64,000 nt of DNA from Eubacteriales bacterium (lineage in GTDB: Bacteria > Bacillota > Clostridia > Oscillospirales > CAG-272): the NCBI GenBank assembly GCA_050309735.1, contig JBNRMS010000035.1, positions 872 to 64,871 of the forward strand, read 5' to 3'. The notes under the pieces were generated by a model. That model was given only the letters and a program-made list of their open reading frames with translations, had not been told where the DNA came from and did not search any database. Each line of letters begins with the position of its first letter. Within the stretch, counting starts at the first letter, position 1. Both the position numbers and the translations under genes were made by a program. Below are positions 39,599 through 49,623 of this stretch, in pieces.

Positions 39599-39886
39599 TC
39601 ATTCTATTGTTTTTGGGACTATAACAGTCTCGTCGGTGTGCTCAGGGGCATTTGAAAGTATTTCGCCGCGATCGTATGACGGCACAATCTCGTCGCGCCG
39701 CATCACATTGCTCATCGTGAAAACGTGTGACAGCGGCTCTATATTCTTTGTATCAACCCTGTTAAGAATACCCACATAGTCAACTATCGCACCAAGCTCG
39801 TCGCGCATTTTCTCGGTAGTTTCGTCGTCAAGTTCAATTCTTGCAAGCTCGGCGACATGCTCCACAATTTCTTTTGTTATTTTCAT
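39599..39886 (-). CDS. gatC: Asp-tRNA(Asn)/Glu-tRNA(Gln) amidotransferase subunit C
   Basis: 95 aa, MKITKEIVEHVAELARIELDD; start ATG 39886 after AAGGAGG. ORF track start 39973 runs into the T-box. Confidence 0.9.
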   Translation of the reverse strand: MKITKEIVEHVAELARIELDDETTEKMRDELGAIVDYVGILNRVDTKNIEPLSHVFTMSNVMRRDEIVPSYDRGEILSNAPEHTDETVIVPKTIE

Positions 39887-39908
39887 CCGAAAAACCTCCT
39901 TATAAAAT

Positions 39909-40170
39909 AAAAAAACGCCTCTCTCCCTATCTGTTTGACAGGGACGAAAGACATCTTCCGCGGTACCACCCACATTAGCCTTGCGGCTCGCTCGCGCGGA
40001 TTAACGCTCCGCAGACAGACGGTTCTACTTGCCATAAGGCTTTCTTCCGCCGGCTCCAAGTTGTTGTTCGCCCAAATTCCCTGCTGCGTCGCACCAAACC
40101 GCAGCTCTCTTAGACGAGAATTATGGGTTACTTCTCTTTTCACAGCCTTTTTGCATATCTTCTGTTACTG
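39909..40170 (-). promoter_or_regulatory. T-box riboswitch leader of gatCAB, probable Asn (AAC) specifier
   Basis: Minus strand carries the canonical T-box AATGTGGGTGGTACCGCGG (39959-39976), followed by a terminator stem plus T7 (39909-39952). Stem I elements AGAGA and GGTGCGA are present. The specifier region is GCGAACAACAACTTGG (AAC repeats at 40060-40068). Confidence 0.85.
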
Positions 40171-40176
40171 AAAATA

Positions 40177-40205
40177 ATATTATCACGAATGATATAGAAT
40201 GTCAA
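40177..40205 (-). promoter_or_regulatory. sigma-A promoter of the T-box/gatCAB operon
   Basis: Minus strand has TTGACA (40205-40200), 17-nt spacer, TAATAT (40182-40177). Confidence 0.65.
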
Positions 40206-40244
40206 GAACTTTTTTGACATTTAATACTATTCTTCTTAAAAAAT

Positions 40245-40283
40245 CTGCCGGGCAAGCTTAAAATATTATGCTTGCCTCGGCAG
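40245..40283 (-). terminator. intrinsic terminator after tsf
   Basis: CTGCCGAGGCAAGC / GCTTGCCCGGCAG stem followed on the minus strand by ATTTTTT. Confidence 0.85.
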
Positions 40284-40294
40284 ATAGCTGAATG

Positions 40295-41224
40295 TTACTG
40301 ATTGCCGGTGAGTTTTGCAATTTCGTCGGCGAAGTTATCCTCGCGCTTCTGAATACCCTCGCCCTTCTCGTAGCGATAAAACCCGGTGACCTTTATTTTG
40401 CCGCCGAGTTCCTTTGCGGTATTCTCAATATATTTTGAGACCTTCATCGAATCGTCCTTGACATATCCTTCCTCGAGCAGGCAGTTGTTATCATAAAACT
40501 TACCGATTCGACCCTGAACCATTTTATCAATAATGTGGGGAGGCTTATTTGCATTTGAGGGGTCGTTTTGTATCTGCGAGGTAAGGATTGCTTTCTCCTC
40601 GTTAATAACCTCGGCGGGAACCGACTCCTTGTCAAGATATGCGACGGGATAAGCGCCAACCTGAAGCGCTATATTCTTAGCAAACTCAGAGAAACCCTGG
40701 GTCGAGAGTACCTTCTCGTCTGCATCGAAGGTGACTATTACGCCAATCGAGCCAAGTCCATGCACATAGGTGCTTGTGATACCTTCAACGATGACAAAGC
40801 GGCGGATTGTTATCTTTTCCTTAATGACAAGGATAAGCTCCTGGAGCTTGCTCTCGACTGTAAAATCGCCCTCGGGATAAGCGAGAGAATTAAGCTCGGT
40901 GATATCTGCCGGCCTTTTTGCAATAATAACCTTAAGCAGATTGTCGACATAGTCTATGAACATATCATTTTTTGCAACAAAGTCGGTCTCTGTGTTAACC
41001 TCGATCATAGCGGTTATGTCACCATCTTTGAGTATGCGGACAATACCATCGGCCGCGATCCTGCTTTCCTTCTTGGCCTGCGCTACAAGTCCTCTTTCGC
41101 GGAGCAGCTTAACTGCCGCTTCCATGTCTCCGCCGGTGTCGACAAGAGCCTTTTTGCATTCCATCATGCCTGCGTTTGTCTTTGCGCGCAGCGCCGCAAC
41201 ATCTTTAGCTGTTATATTTGCCAT
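40295..41224 (-). CDS. tsf: elongation factor Ts
   Basis: N-terminal UBA-like motif ITAKDVAALRAKTNAGMMECKKAL; rpsB-tsf synteny. Confidence 0.95.
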   Translation of the reverse strand: MANITAKDVAALRAKTNAGMMECKKALVDTGGDMEAAVKLLRERGLVAQAKKESRIAADGIVRILKDGDITAMIEVNTETDFVAKNDMFIDYVDNLLKVIIAKRPADITELNSLAYPEGDFTVESKLQELILVIKEKITIRRFVIVEGITSTYVHGLGSIGVIVTFDADEKVLSTQGFSEFAKNIALQVGAYPVAYLDKESVPAEVINEEKAILTSQIQNDPSNANKPPHIIDKMVQGRIGKFYDNNCLLEEGYVKDDSMKVSKYIENTAKELGGKIKVTGFYRYEKGEGIQKREDNFADEIAKLTGNQ

Positions 41225-41250
41225 TTTAATCTCCTTTTCAAGTCTTGTGA

Positions 41251-42024
41251 TTATTCCTCGGTGTTCTCAAGGGGAGCCGCCTCACCCGATGAGAGAGCGC
41301 TTTCCTCAGCAGACGCTGCCTCGGCATCCTGCTCATTCTGCTCACCCTGCTTGCCTTCGATTACGGCGTCGGCAAGGGTTGCCGATATGAGGCGAATTGC
41401 AAGGATGGCGTCGTCGTTTCCGGGGATTATATAGTCAGCGTAGTCGGGATCGCAGTTTGTATCGACAATGGCGATTATCGGAATGCCGAGCTTCTTAGCC
41501 TCAAGAACGGCGTTTCTTTCCTTTTTGGGATCTACTATAAAAATGGCGTCGGGAAGCTGAGTCAGATTCTTTATGCCGTTGTAGTTCTTTTCAAGATTGA
41601 AAATCTGCTTCTGCTTGGAGGTGACCTCCTTTTTGGTAAGCTGGTCAAAAGTGCCGTCGTTCTGCATGGCAATAAGATTGTTAAGGCGTGCGATAGAGCG
41701 GCGGATGGTCTTGAAGTTTGTGAGCATTCCGCCCGGCCAGCGAACGTTTACATAGTACATATTACAGCGGGTTGCCTCTTCTTTAATGGCGTCGGCCGCC
41801 TGCTTTTTGGTTCCCACAAAGAGAACCGAGCCGCCACGAGCCGAAATGTCGCGAACGAACATATAGGCTTCTTCAAACTTTTTAACGGTTTTCTGCAGAT
41901 CGATAATGTAGATACCGTTTCTTTCTGTGAAGATGTATTCAGCCATCTTCGGGTTCCATCTTCTTGTGTGGTGTCCGAAATGGACGCCGGCTTCAAGAAG
42001 CTGCTTGATTGTGATTACAGACAT
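41251..42024 (-). CDS. rpsB: 30S ribosomal protein S2
   Basis: [27 protein letters not shown]; start ATG 42024 after AAGGAGG (ORF track start 42093). Acidic C-terminal tail. Confidence 0.95.
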   Translation of the reverse strand: MSVITIKQLLEAGVHFGHHTRRWNPKMAEYIFTERNGIYIIDLQKTVKKFEEAYMFVRDISARGGSVLFVGTKKQAADAIKEEATRCNMYYVNVRWPGGMLTNFKTIRRSIARLNNLIAMQNDGTFDQLTKKEVTSKQKQIFNLEKNYNGIKNLTQLPDAIFIVDPKKERNAVLEAKKLGIPIIAIVDTNCDPDYADYIIPGNDDAILAIRLISATLADAVIEGKQGEQNEQDAEAASAEESALSSGEAAPLENTEE

Positions 42025-42152
42025 TGAAAAATGTCCTCCTTCGGTTTTTCCACCACATCCGCTCCCGGCAACAAAAACCGCACATAGCGGCACCGAAAGC
42101 CAACGCGGATGTGTGTGTATTTATTTATACTGTATAAAACAGCACAAAACAC

Positions 42153-42181
42153 ATTATAACACAGGTATATTTTACATTCAA
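42153..42181 (-). promoter_or_regulatory. sigma-A promoter of rpsB-tsf
   Basis: Minus strand has TTGAAT (42181-42176), 17-nt spacer, TGT-TATAAT (42158-42153). Confidence 0.65.
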
Positions 42182-42272
42182 CAGACATCAAAAAAATTTA
42201 CAAATTGTTCACAATGTCGTGCCGAAAACCGGTCTGTTCCCTTCCCGCCCCCTTATTATTACCACTCTCCCC

Positions 42273-42563
42273 TCATCTAAACCATCCGAATTTTCGGCGC
42301 TCATTTGAGCAGCATGAGATTTCGGCGGGCGTGATTTTCACAAGAATGGTGTCCTCGCCTATACACTGGATTTTATCCCAGCAAATCCTTATATCATGGC
42401 ATCTTCCAATACCGAAAAACCCCCCGCCGCCGGTTATTATAAGCGCGATGATTTTTCCGTCGTCGCGGCAAAATTCAAAGTCACAAGCATAGCCGAGGCG
42501 AGCGCCGTCGCAAAGATTTATAATCTCTTTCAGGCGAAGCTCTGATGTGCTCAAAACTCGCAT
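42273..42563 (-). CDS. YlmC/YmxH-family sporulation protein (PRC-barrel)
   Basis: ~96 aa with the pattern LKEIINLCDGARLGY..DFEF...GKI.ALII. Confidence 0.8.
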   Translation of the reverse strand: MRVLSTSELRLKEIINLCDGARLGYACDFEFCRDDGKIIALIITGGGGFFGIGRCHDIRICWDKIQCIGEDTILVKITPAEISCCSNERRKFGWFR

Positions 42564-42671
42564 ATCACATCCCCCTTAAATGTATTTATTATTCATTCTA
42601 ATTATATGTCGGGGGGTGAGAAATGTATTCGGACGCGGGAGGATGTGATATGCTTTGATATATATACACAA

Positions 42672-42703
42672 GGGGAGAAAACTATTAAATAGAGTTCTCT
42701 CCC
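42672..42703 (-). terminator. intrinsic terminator after the clpE-like gene
   Basis: GGGAGAGAAC-N11-GTTTTCTCCC stem; a T-rich tract follows on the minus strand. Confidence 0.7.
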
Positions 42704-42728
42704 GCCTGCCTTTTATCTCAATATAGAC

Positions 42729-45041
42729 TTACATACAATTAACCTTCAGTTCCCCATCGACCTCGGTTATCGAGGCGCACGAGCAGGTTTTTTTATAGTC
42801 AGAAATAATTATTTCGGCGAGCCTGTCCTCAACCTCGGTTTGGATATAACGGCGAAGGTTGCGAGCGCCAAATTTTGCCGAATATGCCTTCTCGGCTATT
42901 AATGCCGCAGCCCCGTCAGAATAAGTGAGTTTTATATTCTTCTCTGAGAGCGCCATTTTAAGCTCATCAAGCATTATTGAAGCAATCTTTTTGAAATCGT
43001 CGCGGTCGAGCTGGCGGAAGGTGATTATCTCATCAACACGATTTATAAATTCAGGGCGCAGAAAAGCCTCAAGTGCCTTCTGGGTTTTTTCCTTTGCCGC
43101 CTCACTCTCGTTTTTTGTATATCCGATAGGAGTTGTGCTTCTGTCAGAACCGGCGTTTGTCGTCATAACAAGTATGGTGTTCTCAAAATTCACTGTTTTT
43201 CCGTGCGCGTCGGTTATCCGCCCGTCGTCAAGTATCTGAAGCAGAATGTTGAGAACATCGGGATGTGCCTTCTCAATTTCATCGAAAAGAACAACCGAAT
43301 AAGGTCGGCGCCGAATTTTTTCGGTGAGTTGCCCCGCCTCGTCATAGCCGACATATCCCGGGGGCGCTCCGATTATCCTTGATATAGAATGCTTTTCCAT
43401 GAATTCTGACATATCAAGTCTAATTAAAGTCTCGGGCGAGTCGAACATATCGGCCGCCAGCGTTTTTACAAGTTCGGTTTTCCCGACGCCGGTAGGACCG
43501 GCAAAGATGAAGGAAACCGGCTTTCTCTTATATGACACTCCCGCGCGGTTGCGTTTAATGGCGCGGGATACGGCGCTGACCGCTGTATCCTGCCCGACTA
43601 TCCGCTGCTTTAGCCGCGCCTCAAGCTTGTCTATTCGCTCAAATTCATTTTCTGTGATTGAGGCGGCTGGGATGCCCGTCCAAATTTCAATAACGCGCGC
43701 CAGATCTTCAGCTCCAAGCGAAACCTCGGAAACAAGCTTTTCGTTCTCACGCAGACGGTCGGACAGTTTTATCTCTTCGGCTTTTATTTTCGCGATTTTC
43801 TCGAACTTTTCGTTTGTAGTTGAAGGATCCTCAGCCGTGAGGCTCTCAAGCCCTTCGCGAGAGGCCTTTAGCTCTAGCAGCCGATCTTTGATGCGGTAAG
43901 CCTCATTGAGCGGGGCGCTCGAAAGCGAGAGCTGCGAGGCGGCCTCGTCAAGAAGGTCGATTGCCTTGTCGGGCAGATAGCGGTCGGTTATATAGCGCTC
44001 TGAGAGCCTGACGGTCAACCCCAGAATCTCGTCTGAAATTTTAACCGAATGGAAATCCTCATAATAGTGCTTTATGCCGCGTAGCATCTTCTCGGTGTCG
44101 ACGACAGACGGCTCGTTAACCGTCACCGGCTGAAATCTCCTCTCAAGCGCTGTGTCCTTCTCGATATATTTGCGGTATTCATTAAGAGTGGTCGCTCCGA
44201 TAACCTGCACCTCTCCGCGAGAGAGCGCAGGTTTGAGTATGTTGGCGGCGTTCATGCTGCCCTCGGCGTCACCGGCGCCGACGATGTTATGAACCTCGTC
44301 GATAAAGAGGATTATATTGCCCGACTCGCGAACCTCCGAGAGCAGGCCGAGTATTCTTGACTCAAACTGGCCGCGGAATTGCGTTCCGGCGACAAGAGCG
44401 GTCAGGTCTACAAGATACAGCTCCTTGCCGAGTAAACGATAGGGCACGTCGTCGTCGGCAATGCGCTGAGCCAGCGCTTCGGCAATCGCGGTTTTACCCA
44501 CCCCCGGCTCGCCGATAAGGCAGGGATTGTTCTTCTGCCTCCGGCAGAGAATCTGTATCACCCGCGCCAATTCGCGCTCGCGCCCGACTATTTGGTCTAT
44601 CTTTCCCTCGGAGGCAAGGCGCGTTAAATTTCTGCAATATGTGTCAAGAAATTTGCGTTTATTAGTGTTTGATTTTGTTTTGGCACTCTCTTTCTTTTTT
44701 TCCTTTTCCCGCTCGCCCCCTCCGCCCTCAGGCACAAGACCACTCTCGCGGAAAAGCTTCGGGAAATCTATCGCGGGTGCGCCTCCATCCTCGTTGTCAT
44801 CGGCGTCGGAGGGAAGACCGCCCTCAGTGTTTATAATCTCGGTTACGTCCTTCTCCATATTTTCAAGTTGCTCGGGAGTAATCCCAAGCTTGCCCATAAT
44901 GTCACCGAGTACATTGTCGACAGGAAGACCGAGCTCCTTGGCGCATCTAAGGCAGAGCCCCTCGGTTATTTTCTCGCCGTTCTCAAGTTTTGTAACGAAA
45001 ACGGCCGCGATTCTTTTTTTACAATTTGTACACATTACCAT
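42729..45041 (-). CDS. Clp/Hsp100 AAA+ ATPase with N-terminal zinc-ribbon (ClpE-like)
   Basis: Two AAA+ modules ([20 protein letters not shown] and [23 protein letters not shown]). The N-terminal CTNCKK...CLRCAKE zinc-ribbon replaces the ClpC-type N-domain. Start ATG 45041 is 13 nt after GAAAGG; ORF track start is 45053. Confidence 0.85.
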   Translation of the reverse strand: MVMCTNCKKRIAAVFVTKLENGEKITEGLCLRCAKELGLPVDNVLGDIMGKLGITPEQLENMEKDVTEIINTEGGLPSDADDNEDGGAPAIDFPKLFRESGLVPEGGGGEREKEKKKESAKTKSNTNKRKFLDTYCRNLTRLASEGKIDQIVGRERELARVIQILCRRQKNNPCLIGEPGVGKTAIAEALAQRIADDDVPYRLLGKELYLVDLTALVAGTQFRGQFESRILGLLSEVRESGNIILFIDEVHNIVGAGDAEGSMNAANILKPALSRGEVQVIGATTLNEYRKYIEKDTALERRFQPVTVNEPSVVDTEKMLRGIKHYYEDFHSVKISDEILGLTVRLSERYITDRYLPDKAIDLLDEAASQLSLSSAPLNEAYRIKDRLLELKASREGLESLTAEDPSTTNEKFEKIAKIKAEEIKLSDRLRENEKLVSEVSLGAEDLARVIEIWTGIPAASITENEFERIDKLEARLKQRIVGQDTAVSAVSRAIKRNRAGVSYKRKPVSFIFAGPTGVGKTELVKTLAADMFDSPETLIRLDMSEFMEKHSISRIIGAPPGYVGYDEAGQLTEKIRRRPYSVVLFDEIEKAHPDVLNILLQILDDGRITDAHGKTVNFENTILVMTTNAGSDRSTTPIGYTKNESEAAKEKTQKALEAFLRPEFINRVDEIITFRQLDRDDFKKIASIMLDELKMALSEKNIKLTYSDGAAALIAEKAYSAKFGARNLRRYIQTEVEDRLAEIIISDYKKTCSCASITEVDGELKVNCM

Positions 45042-45147
45042 ATATATGACCATCCCTTTCTATGGTGCAAAGATCAGTGCCTGCACCGCGTCAAATTCCT
45101 GCGGCAGGGGCACAAAACTTGATTGACTTTAAAATATATTTTAGATT

Positions 45148-45741
45148 TTATCTATTAATTCTATTTTTTTCGGCTTTGGCAGGCATAATATTATCCGCTT
45201 CAGAACCTGCGTTTAAATATCTTGCGATATAAAGCGCCATGACGATGGTCATAAAGAGCATAATTATTATGTAGATGACATTAATATAATTTCTAAATTC
45301 CTCAGCTCTGTCGGCCGATACAAGGACAAACAACCCCGCCGCCGAGAGGATAACTGCTCCCGCCTTACCATACCGGTTTGAATGGGCTATAACGCCTCGC
45401 CGCTTTATCAAAAGAAGGGCAAGTGTTATCTGTATTGATTCTTTTAGTATAAAAGGAATTATCAGCCAGACAGGCAGAAGTTTCTTTATTGCAAGACAAA
45501 CAAGAACAGTTGTCTGAAACAGTTTGTCCGCAAGCGGGTCAAGAATCTTTCCGGCGTCAGAAGTCCAGCCGAATCGCCTTGCAAGGTAACCATCGAGCAC
45601 ATCTGTAGCTCCCGCAAGAAGATAGATCCCGGCGGCGGCAAGACGAAAGTTCGGGAAGTTGTAAAACACGAAAAAAACAAAAATAAAAATCAGAAGTATT
45701 CTTATTATACTCAGGACATTCGGAATATTTTCTTTTTTCAT
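45148..45741 (-). CDS. pgsA: CDP-diacylglycerol--glycerol-3-phosphate 3-phosphatidyltransferase
   Basis: CDP-alcohol phosphatidyltransferase motif DGYLARRFGWTSDAGKILDPLADK. Confidence 0.9.
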   Translation of the reverse strand: MKKENIPNVLSIIRILLIFIFVFFVFYNFPNFRLAAAGIYLLAGATDVLDGYLARRFGWTSDAGKILDPLADKLFQTTVLVCLAIKKLLPVWLIIPFILKESIQITLALLLIKRRGVIAHSNRYGKAGAVILSAAGLFVLVSADRAEEFRNYINVIYIIIMLFMTIVMALYIARYLNAGSEADNIMPAKAEKNRINR

Positions 45742-46439
45742 GAAATATTCAATTGGCTGATAAACCTGAAAATGATAGTTTTATTGACAATTTCAAGCGC
45801 CGCCGATGCGTCTTTGGAGGCAACAACAAAATAAATAATAATATTCGCGGCAAAGACAAAGAGCAATATATAAATACACGCACAAGCAATGCCAAGACAG
45901 AGCCCGAGCAGTCGATTTACGGTGCGCAGCACCGGAAGCTCAGCGACTTTCTCAATAAAGAAGGCGGCAACGGCAAGGACAATAAAAGCAATTATAAAGA
46001 CCAGCACATAGCCGATTATCCTTGAGATAAATGCCGAAATCGGCAGTGCTATCTGAGAGGCAAGCTCCTGCAGCCGCTCACCTGATGCGGCAGTGTCGGC
46101 GGCATAACCTGCGGTTATCGCGTCGAGATTAGCTCCGCTTTTTTCGGCGAGCACAGAGAGGGATTTCGGAATTTTATCTGCGATTTTTGACAGGTCAAAG
46201 GCAGAGCTGCCTGCTTCGTACATTCCCGAGAGCGTATTGTAAACCGACCCGGTTATCTTTGCGTCGATAAATTTCTCGGCAATAAGAGCGCCAAGCGACT
46301 TCCCGAAGATTGAGGCGCAGATAAAGGCAAGAATCACCTTTCCAAATCCGAGAACCGCTCGGACAAATCCTTTCTTATAATAGACAAAAATTGTAATACC
46401 GGCGATAAGTAGAATCATTAAGTCAAGCAAATAATTCAT
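45738..46439 (-). CDS. cvpA: CvpA-family membrane protein
   Basis: MNYLLDLMILLIAGITIFVYYKKGFVRAVLGF and four predicted TM helices. Start ATG 46439 is 13 nt after GAAAGG. Confidence 0.75.
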   Translation of the reverse strand: MNYLLDLMILLIAGITIFVYYKKGFVRAVLGFGKVILAFICASIFGKSLGALIAEKFIDAKITGSVYNTLSGMYEAGSSAFDLSKIADKIPKSLSVLAEKSGANLDAITAGYAADTAASGERLQELASQIALPISAFISRIIGYVLVFIIAFIVLAVAAFFIEKVAELPVLRTVNRLLGLCLGIACACIYILLFVFAANIIIYFVVASKDASAALEIVNKTIIFRFISQLNIS

Positions 46440-46618
46440 TTTTATAACCATTCCTTTCAAGTGTACCGATGTACCGAGATTTATGCCGGTTCCGCCGTCT
46501 TATGGGCGGAACTGCCGCTGTTACAAACGCGACGTGGGCGCATGGCGTTGCATGCAAGAGAAAAGCTTTCTTAAAATTATAAGGCTTATAAAAGATTTCT
46601 CTCTTTCCCTTCTCCTCT

Positions 46619-47878
46619 TTAATATCCAAGACTGACCGCCCTTGAGGCATAACACACAAAGACAAAATCTGCCGACGATATTATTAAATTCTCGCCGCCC
46701 GGGGCACACGGCTTTACCTCGTATGTGCCCGATGCGGTGTCATAGCGCGCCACCGAATCCGAATAAAGCACAAAGATTATATTTCCGCGTTTTTTTATGT
46801 CTTGCGGCTCACCGTCAAGCCTTATTGTTACCATCTCCCCTCTGTAAGGTATCGAGTGGAGAAGATATCCCTTATTATCCGAGAGTGCGGCGGCAAGCCC
46901 GCTTTGGTCAGCGTGGGCAAGCATAATCGCCTCTGTGTCGGCAATGGCGATTTCTAAAGGACTATCCTCGCGCCCCTGAAGAAAAATACTTTTTTCTCCG
47001 ATATAATAATAGCAAATTGTTCCCGCGGATGAGTTCTCCGAGATGCCGCCGCATTCAACAATCAGCTCGCCCACGCTCTTGGCAAGGATTATTTTGTCCT
47101 TATCCTTTTCCCGGTAAGCATAAAGACTCTGCGACAGGCGTCCGCCCGACGTTCCGACAGGTGAGACAAGGAGAAATTTACCGTCAGGTGTTAGCGATTG
47201 TGAGATAACATAATCATTATAATAATATGCCGCGGCTCTTGCGAAATCTTGCCCGTAGCGATAGATTACCGACTTATATTCGCTCTCTGAGGTGAGAATT
47301 GAGAAAGAACCGTCCTCGCTGATATCGACTGAGAGAATCGGATAATCAAGCGTTTCTGTGTAGAGACGGGCGAAGGAGTTGTAAACCGAAAATTCTTTTC
47401 CGCCCTGGTCATATACAATGAAGTATTTACTCGACGCACGTATCACCGGGCGGGCATATTCGGGGTAATAGGTAGCGGTTTTGCGTCCGGTTGCCGAGAA
47501 CACCGAAAGAGAGCCGGCACCGCCCCTTATAAGTCCGCCCTTGTAGCCGGCATAGCAGCGATTTTCCTCATAGTTATAGATAACAAATGGGGTTGTATGG
47601 CTTTCGGCCGAGACGACTGCGTCGAAATCCTTTATGAAATAATAAAGGTTCTCATATGTAACACTCTTTATATTAAGGAGCACCGCTCCTAAAATAAGAA
47701 TCACAAGCAGCGCCGCAGACACAAAACCTGCAACATGAAATATATCGGACGCCCTTGCGTAATAGGGGTTGTACAGCCCTGCAAAGTCCTCTCCGGCGAG
47801 CCTTATCTCGCCGGCAGGACGGATGCGAAAGCGCTTTTTAATATATGTCTTAATATGATTTTGGATTCCGGAACTCAA
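46619..47878 (-). CDS. hypothetical single-pass membrane protein with beta-rich extracytoplasmic domain
   Basis: TTG start after AAAGGGGGAT, one TM helix (VAGFVSAALLVILILGAVLL) and a repetitive Tyr/Ser/Gly-rich beta-type sequence. Family not recognised with confidence. Confidence 0.6.
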   Translation of the reverse strand: MSSGIQNHIKTYIKKRFRIRPAGEIRLAGEDFAGLYNPYYARASDIFHVAGFVSAALLVILILGAVLLNIKSVTYENLYYFIKDFDAVVSAESHTTPFVIYNYEENRCYAGYKGGLIRGGAGSLSVFSATGRKTATYYPEYARPVIRASSKYFIVYDQGGKEFSVYNSFARLYTETLDYPILSVDISEDGSFSILTSESEYKSVIYRYGQDFARAAAYYYNDYVISQSLTPDGKFLLVSPVGTSGGRLSQSLYAYREKDKDKIILAKSVGELIVECGGISENSSAGTICYYYIGEKSIFLQGREDSPLEIAIADTEAIMLAHADQSGLAAALSDNKGYLLHSIPYRGEMVTIRLDGEPQDIKKRGNIIFVLYSDSVARYDTASGTYEVKPCAPGGENLIISSADFVFVCYASRAVSLGY

Positions 47879-47892
47879 TTACGATCCCCCTT

Positions 47893-48672
47893 TCAATAAA
47901 CCACCTTGTTCAGATACAAACCGTGAGGCGGGAGTGTTCTACCGGCAAGTCTTCTGTTGCGCGAGGAGATAATTCGGGGGATATCATCCGGCGATATTTT
48001 GCCTTCCGCAACCTCAAGTATGGTTCCGGCCATTATGCGCACCATGTTATAGAGAAAGCCGTCGGCACTGACACGGAAGATAACTATATCACCAATTTTA
48101 AATATATCCGAATTTATCACGTTTCTTTCTGTATGCGTGATATCAGAACCAGACGCCATGAAGGAGAAAAAATCATGACTGCCGACAAAGTGCGCCGCAG
48201 CTCGGTTCATCTCGGAGAGCTTTTTATCATCAAGCAATCTCGGATAATAAAGCGACCTGCCGCTCTCAAAGGGCGAGCGCACGGGGGAATTATAAATGCG
48301 GTATATATATTCTTTGTATTTTGCGCTGTATCTTGGATGGAAGTCACCACCGCGCCACTCGGCCGATTTAACGGCGATATCGTCGGGCAGATATCTGTTG
48401 AGCGCGCGCGGGATTTTATCGGGCTCGATAGTTGAATTTAGGATATTGCTTCCCTTCTCTGTGACAGTTGCAGAGAATTCATTAGCGTGAACTCCGCTGT
48501 CTGTGCGGCTGCACCCGGTGATGTCGCATTCGCGGCAGAAAAGGCTCGCTGCCGCCTCGCCTAATTTCTCCTGAACGGCGACGCCGTTTTTTTGTTTTTG
48601 CCATCCGACATAGTTTGTTCCGAGAAAGGATACAAGAAGCCAAAGCTTCATGTTCAAATTTCCGCCTTCCAT
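47893..48672 (-). CDS. truA: tRNA pseudouridine(38-40) synthase
   Basis: GTNYVGWQKQ and catalytic RTDSGVHA motifs; ecfT-truA synteny. Alternative start at ATG 48651 (MKLWLL). Confidence 0.92.
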   Translation of the reverse strand: MEGGNLNMKLWLLVSFLGTNYVGWQKQKNGVAVQEKLGEAAASLFCRECDITGCSRTDSGVHANEFSATVTEKGSNILNSTIEPDKIPRALNRYLPDDIAVKSAEWRGGDFHPRYSAKYKEYIYRIYNSPVRSPFESGRSLYYPRLLDDKKLSEMNRAAAHFVGSHDFFSFMASGSDITHTERNVINSDIFKIGDIVIFRVSADGFLYNMVRIMAGTILEVAEGKISPDDIPRIISSRNRRLAGRTLPPHGLYLNKVVY

Positions 48673-48733
48673 GATTTATGACCATTCCTTTCTAAGACAA
48701 GTGAGGATCCTACGATTGGGCATATAGATAGCG

Positions 48734-49555
48734 TTATGGCATTGTATAGCCTATTCCATATTTGTTTATCAGCAAAAGTCCGGCTCCGAAGGCTATCATG
48801 ATGCATAGCGCCACAAGGTCGCGCGCACTGTAGTGTGAGATATTGAGTTTTGTTCGCCCCTCGCCGCCGTGATAGCAGCGGCATTCCATAGCCGTTGCAA
48901 GCTCGTCTGCCCGCCTGAATGCCGAGACAAAAAGCGGAACGAGCACCGGGATGAGCGCCTTCGCGCGCTTAAAGAGAGAGCCGGTCGTGAAATCTGCGCC
49001 TCGCGCCTTTTGAGCAGACATTATTTTATTTGTCTCCTCGGTCAGAGTCGGGATGAAGCGCAGTGCGATGGTTATCATCATTGCAAACTCGTGCACGGGC
49101 GCTTTTATCAGTTTAAGCGGCGAGAGCAGACGCTCAAGCGCGTCTGTCAGCTCGATGGGCGAGGTGGTATATGTCATAAAGATCCCGGTTCCGATAATCA
49201 GAACCACTATTCTCACCGCGATAAAAAGCGCGTGCATTATTCCCTCATAATAAAGGGTGATTTTCCACCATGTGAGGAGGACTGTTTCTCCTTTGGTGAA
49301 AAACATATTTATTATAGCCGTGAAAAGTAGGATGAATATTATTGGCCTGAGCGACTTGAGTACAATCTTCAATGGAATTGACGAGGCCGCGACAAGCAGG
49401 ACAGCCGACATCAAAAGGACGGCGAAACTTATCACGTTTTTGCACAAAAACGAGCAGGTGATATATAAAATTGCCATTATAACCTTACATCTCGCGTCAA
49501 GACTGTGTATTAGCGAGCTCGCCGGATAATATTGGCCGAAAGCGATGTTGTTCAT
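48734..49555 (-). CDS. ecfT: energy-coupling factor transporter transmembrane protein EcfT
   Basis: CbiQ/EcfT-type polytopic protein with the AQKARGADF coupling-helix motif, downstream of two EcfA ATPases. Confidence 0.9.
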   Translation of the reverse strand: MNNIAFGQYYPASSLIHSLDARCKVIMAILYITCSFLCKNVISFAVLLMSAVLLVAASSIPLKIVLKSLRPIIFILLFTAIINMFFTKGETVLLTWWKITLYYEGIMHALFIAVRIVVLIIGTGIFMTYTTSPIELTDALERLLSPLKLIKAPVHEFAMMITIALRFIPTLTEETNKIMSAQKARGADFTTGSLFKRAKALIPVLVPLFVSAFRRADELATAMECRCYHGGEGRTKLNISHYSARDLVALCIMIAFGAGLLLINKYGIGYTMP

Positions 49556-49623
49556 TTTAGGGGATGCGCCTTTCCCGCCGCCCGAGCCGGTTGTTATGCC
49601 CGTGCTGTGGCGGCACTGTTAGT

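Noticed and set aside
40568-41434. 288-aa plus-strand ORF. Similar long antisense ORFs occur at 29580-30320, 36467-37111, 44527-45126, 51477-52061 and 27623-28162.
   Set aside because: All are mirror frames of highly conserved minus-strand genes (tsf/rpsB, argJ/argC, gatB, clpE-like, the methyltransferase, argD/argB). None has an SD or a recognisable motif.
45076-45092. Sigma-54-like element AGGCAC-N-TTTGCA in the clpE-like leader. Related TGGCAG/TGGCAA strings occur in the aspS and argJ leaders.
   Set aside because: The GG-to-GC spacing is one nucleotide longer than the strict -24/-12 geometry. The other leaders lack the TTGC element, and no enhancer-binding protein gene is nearby.
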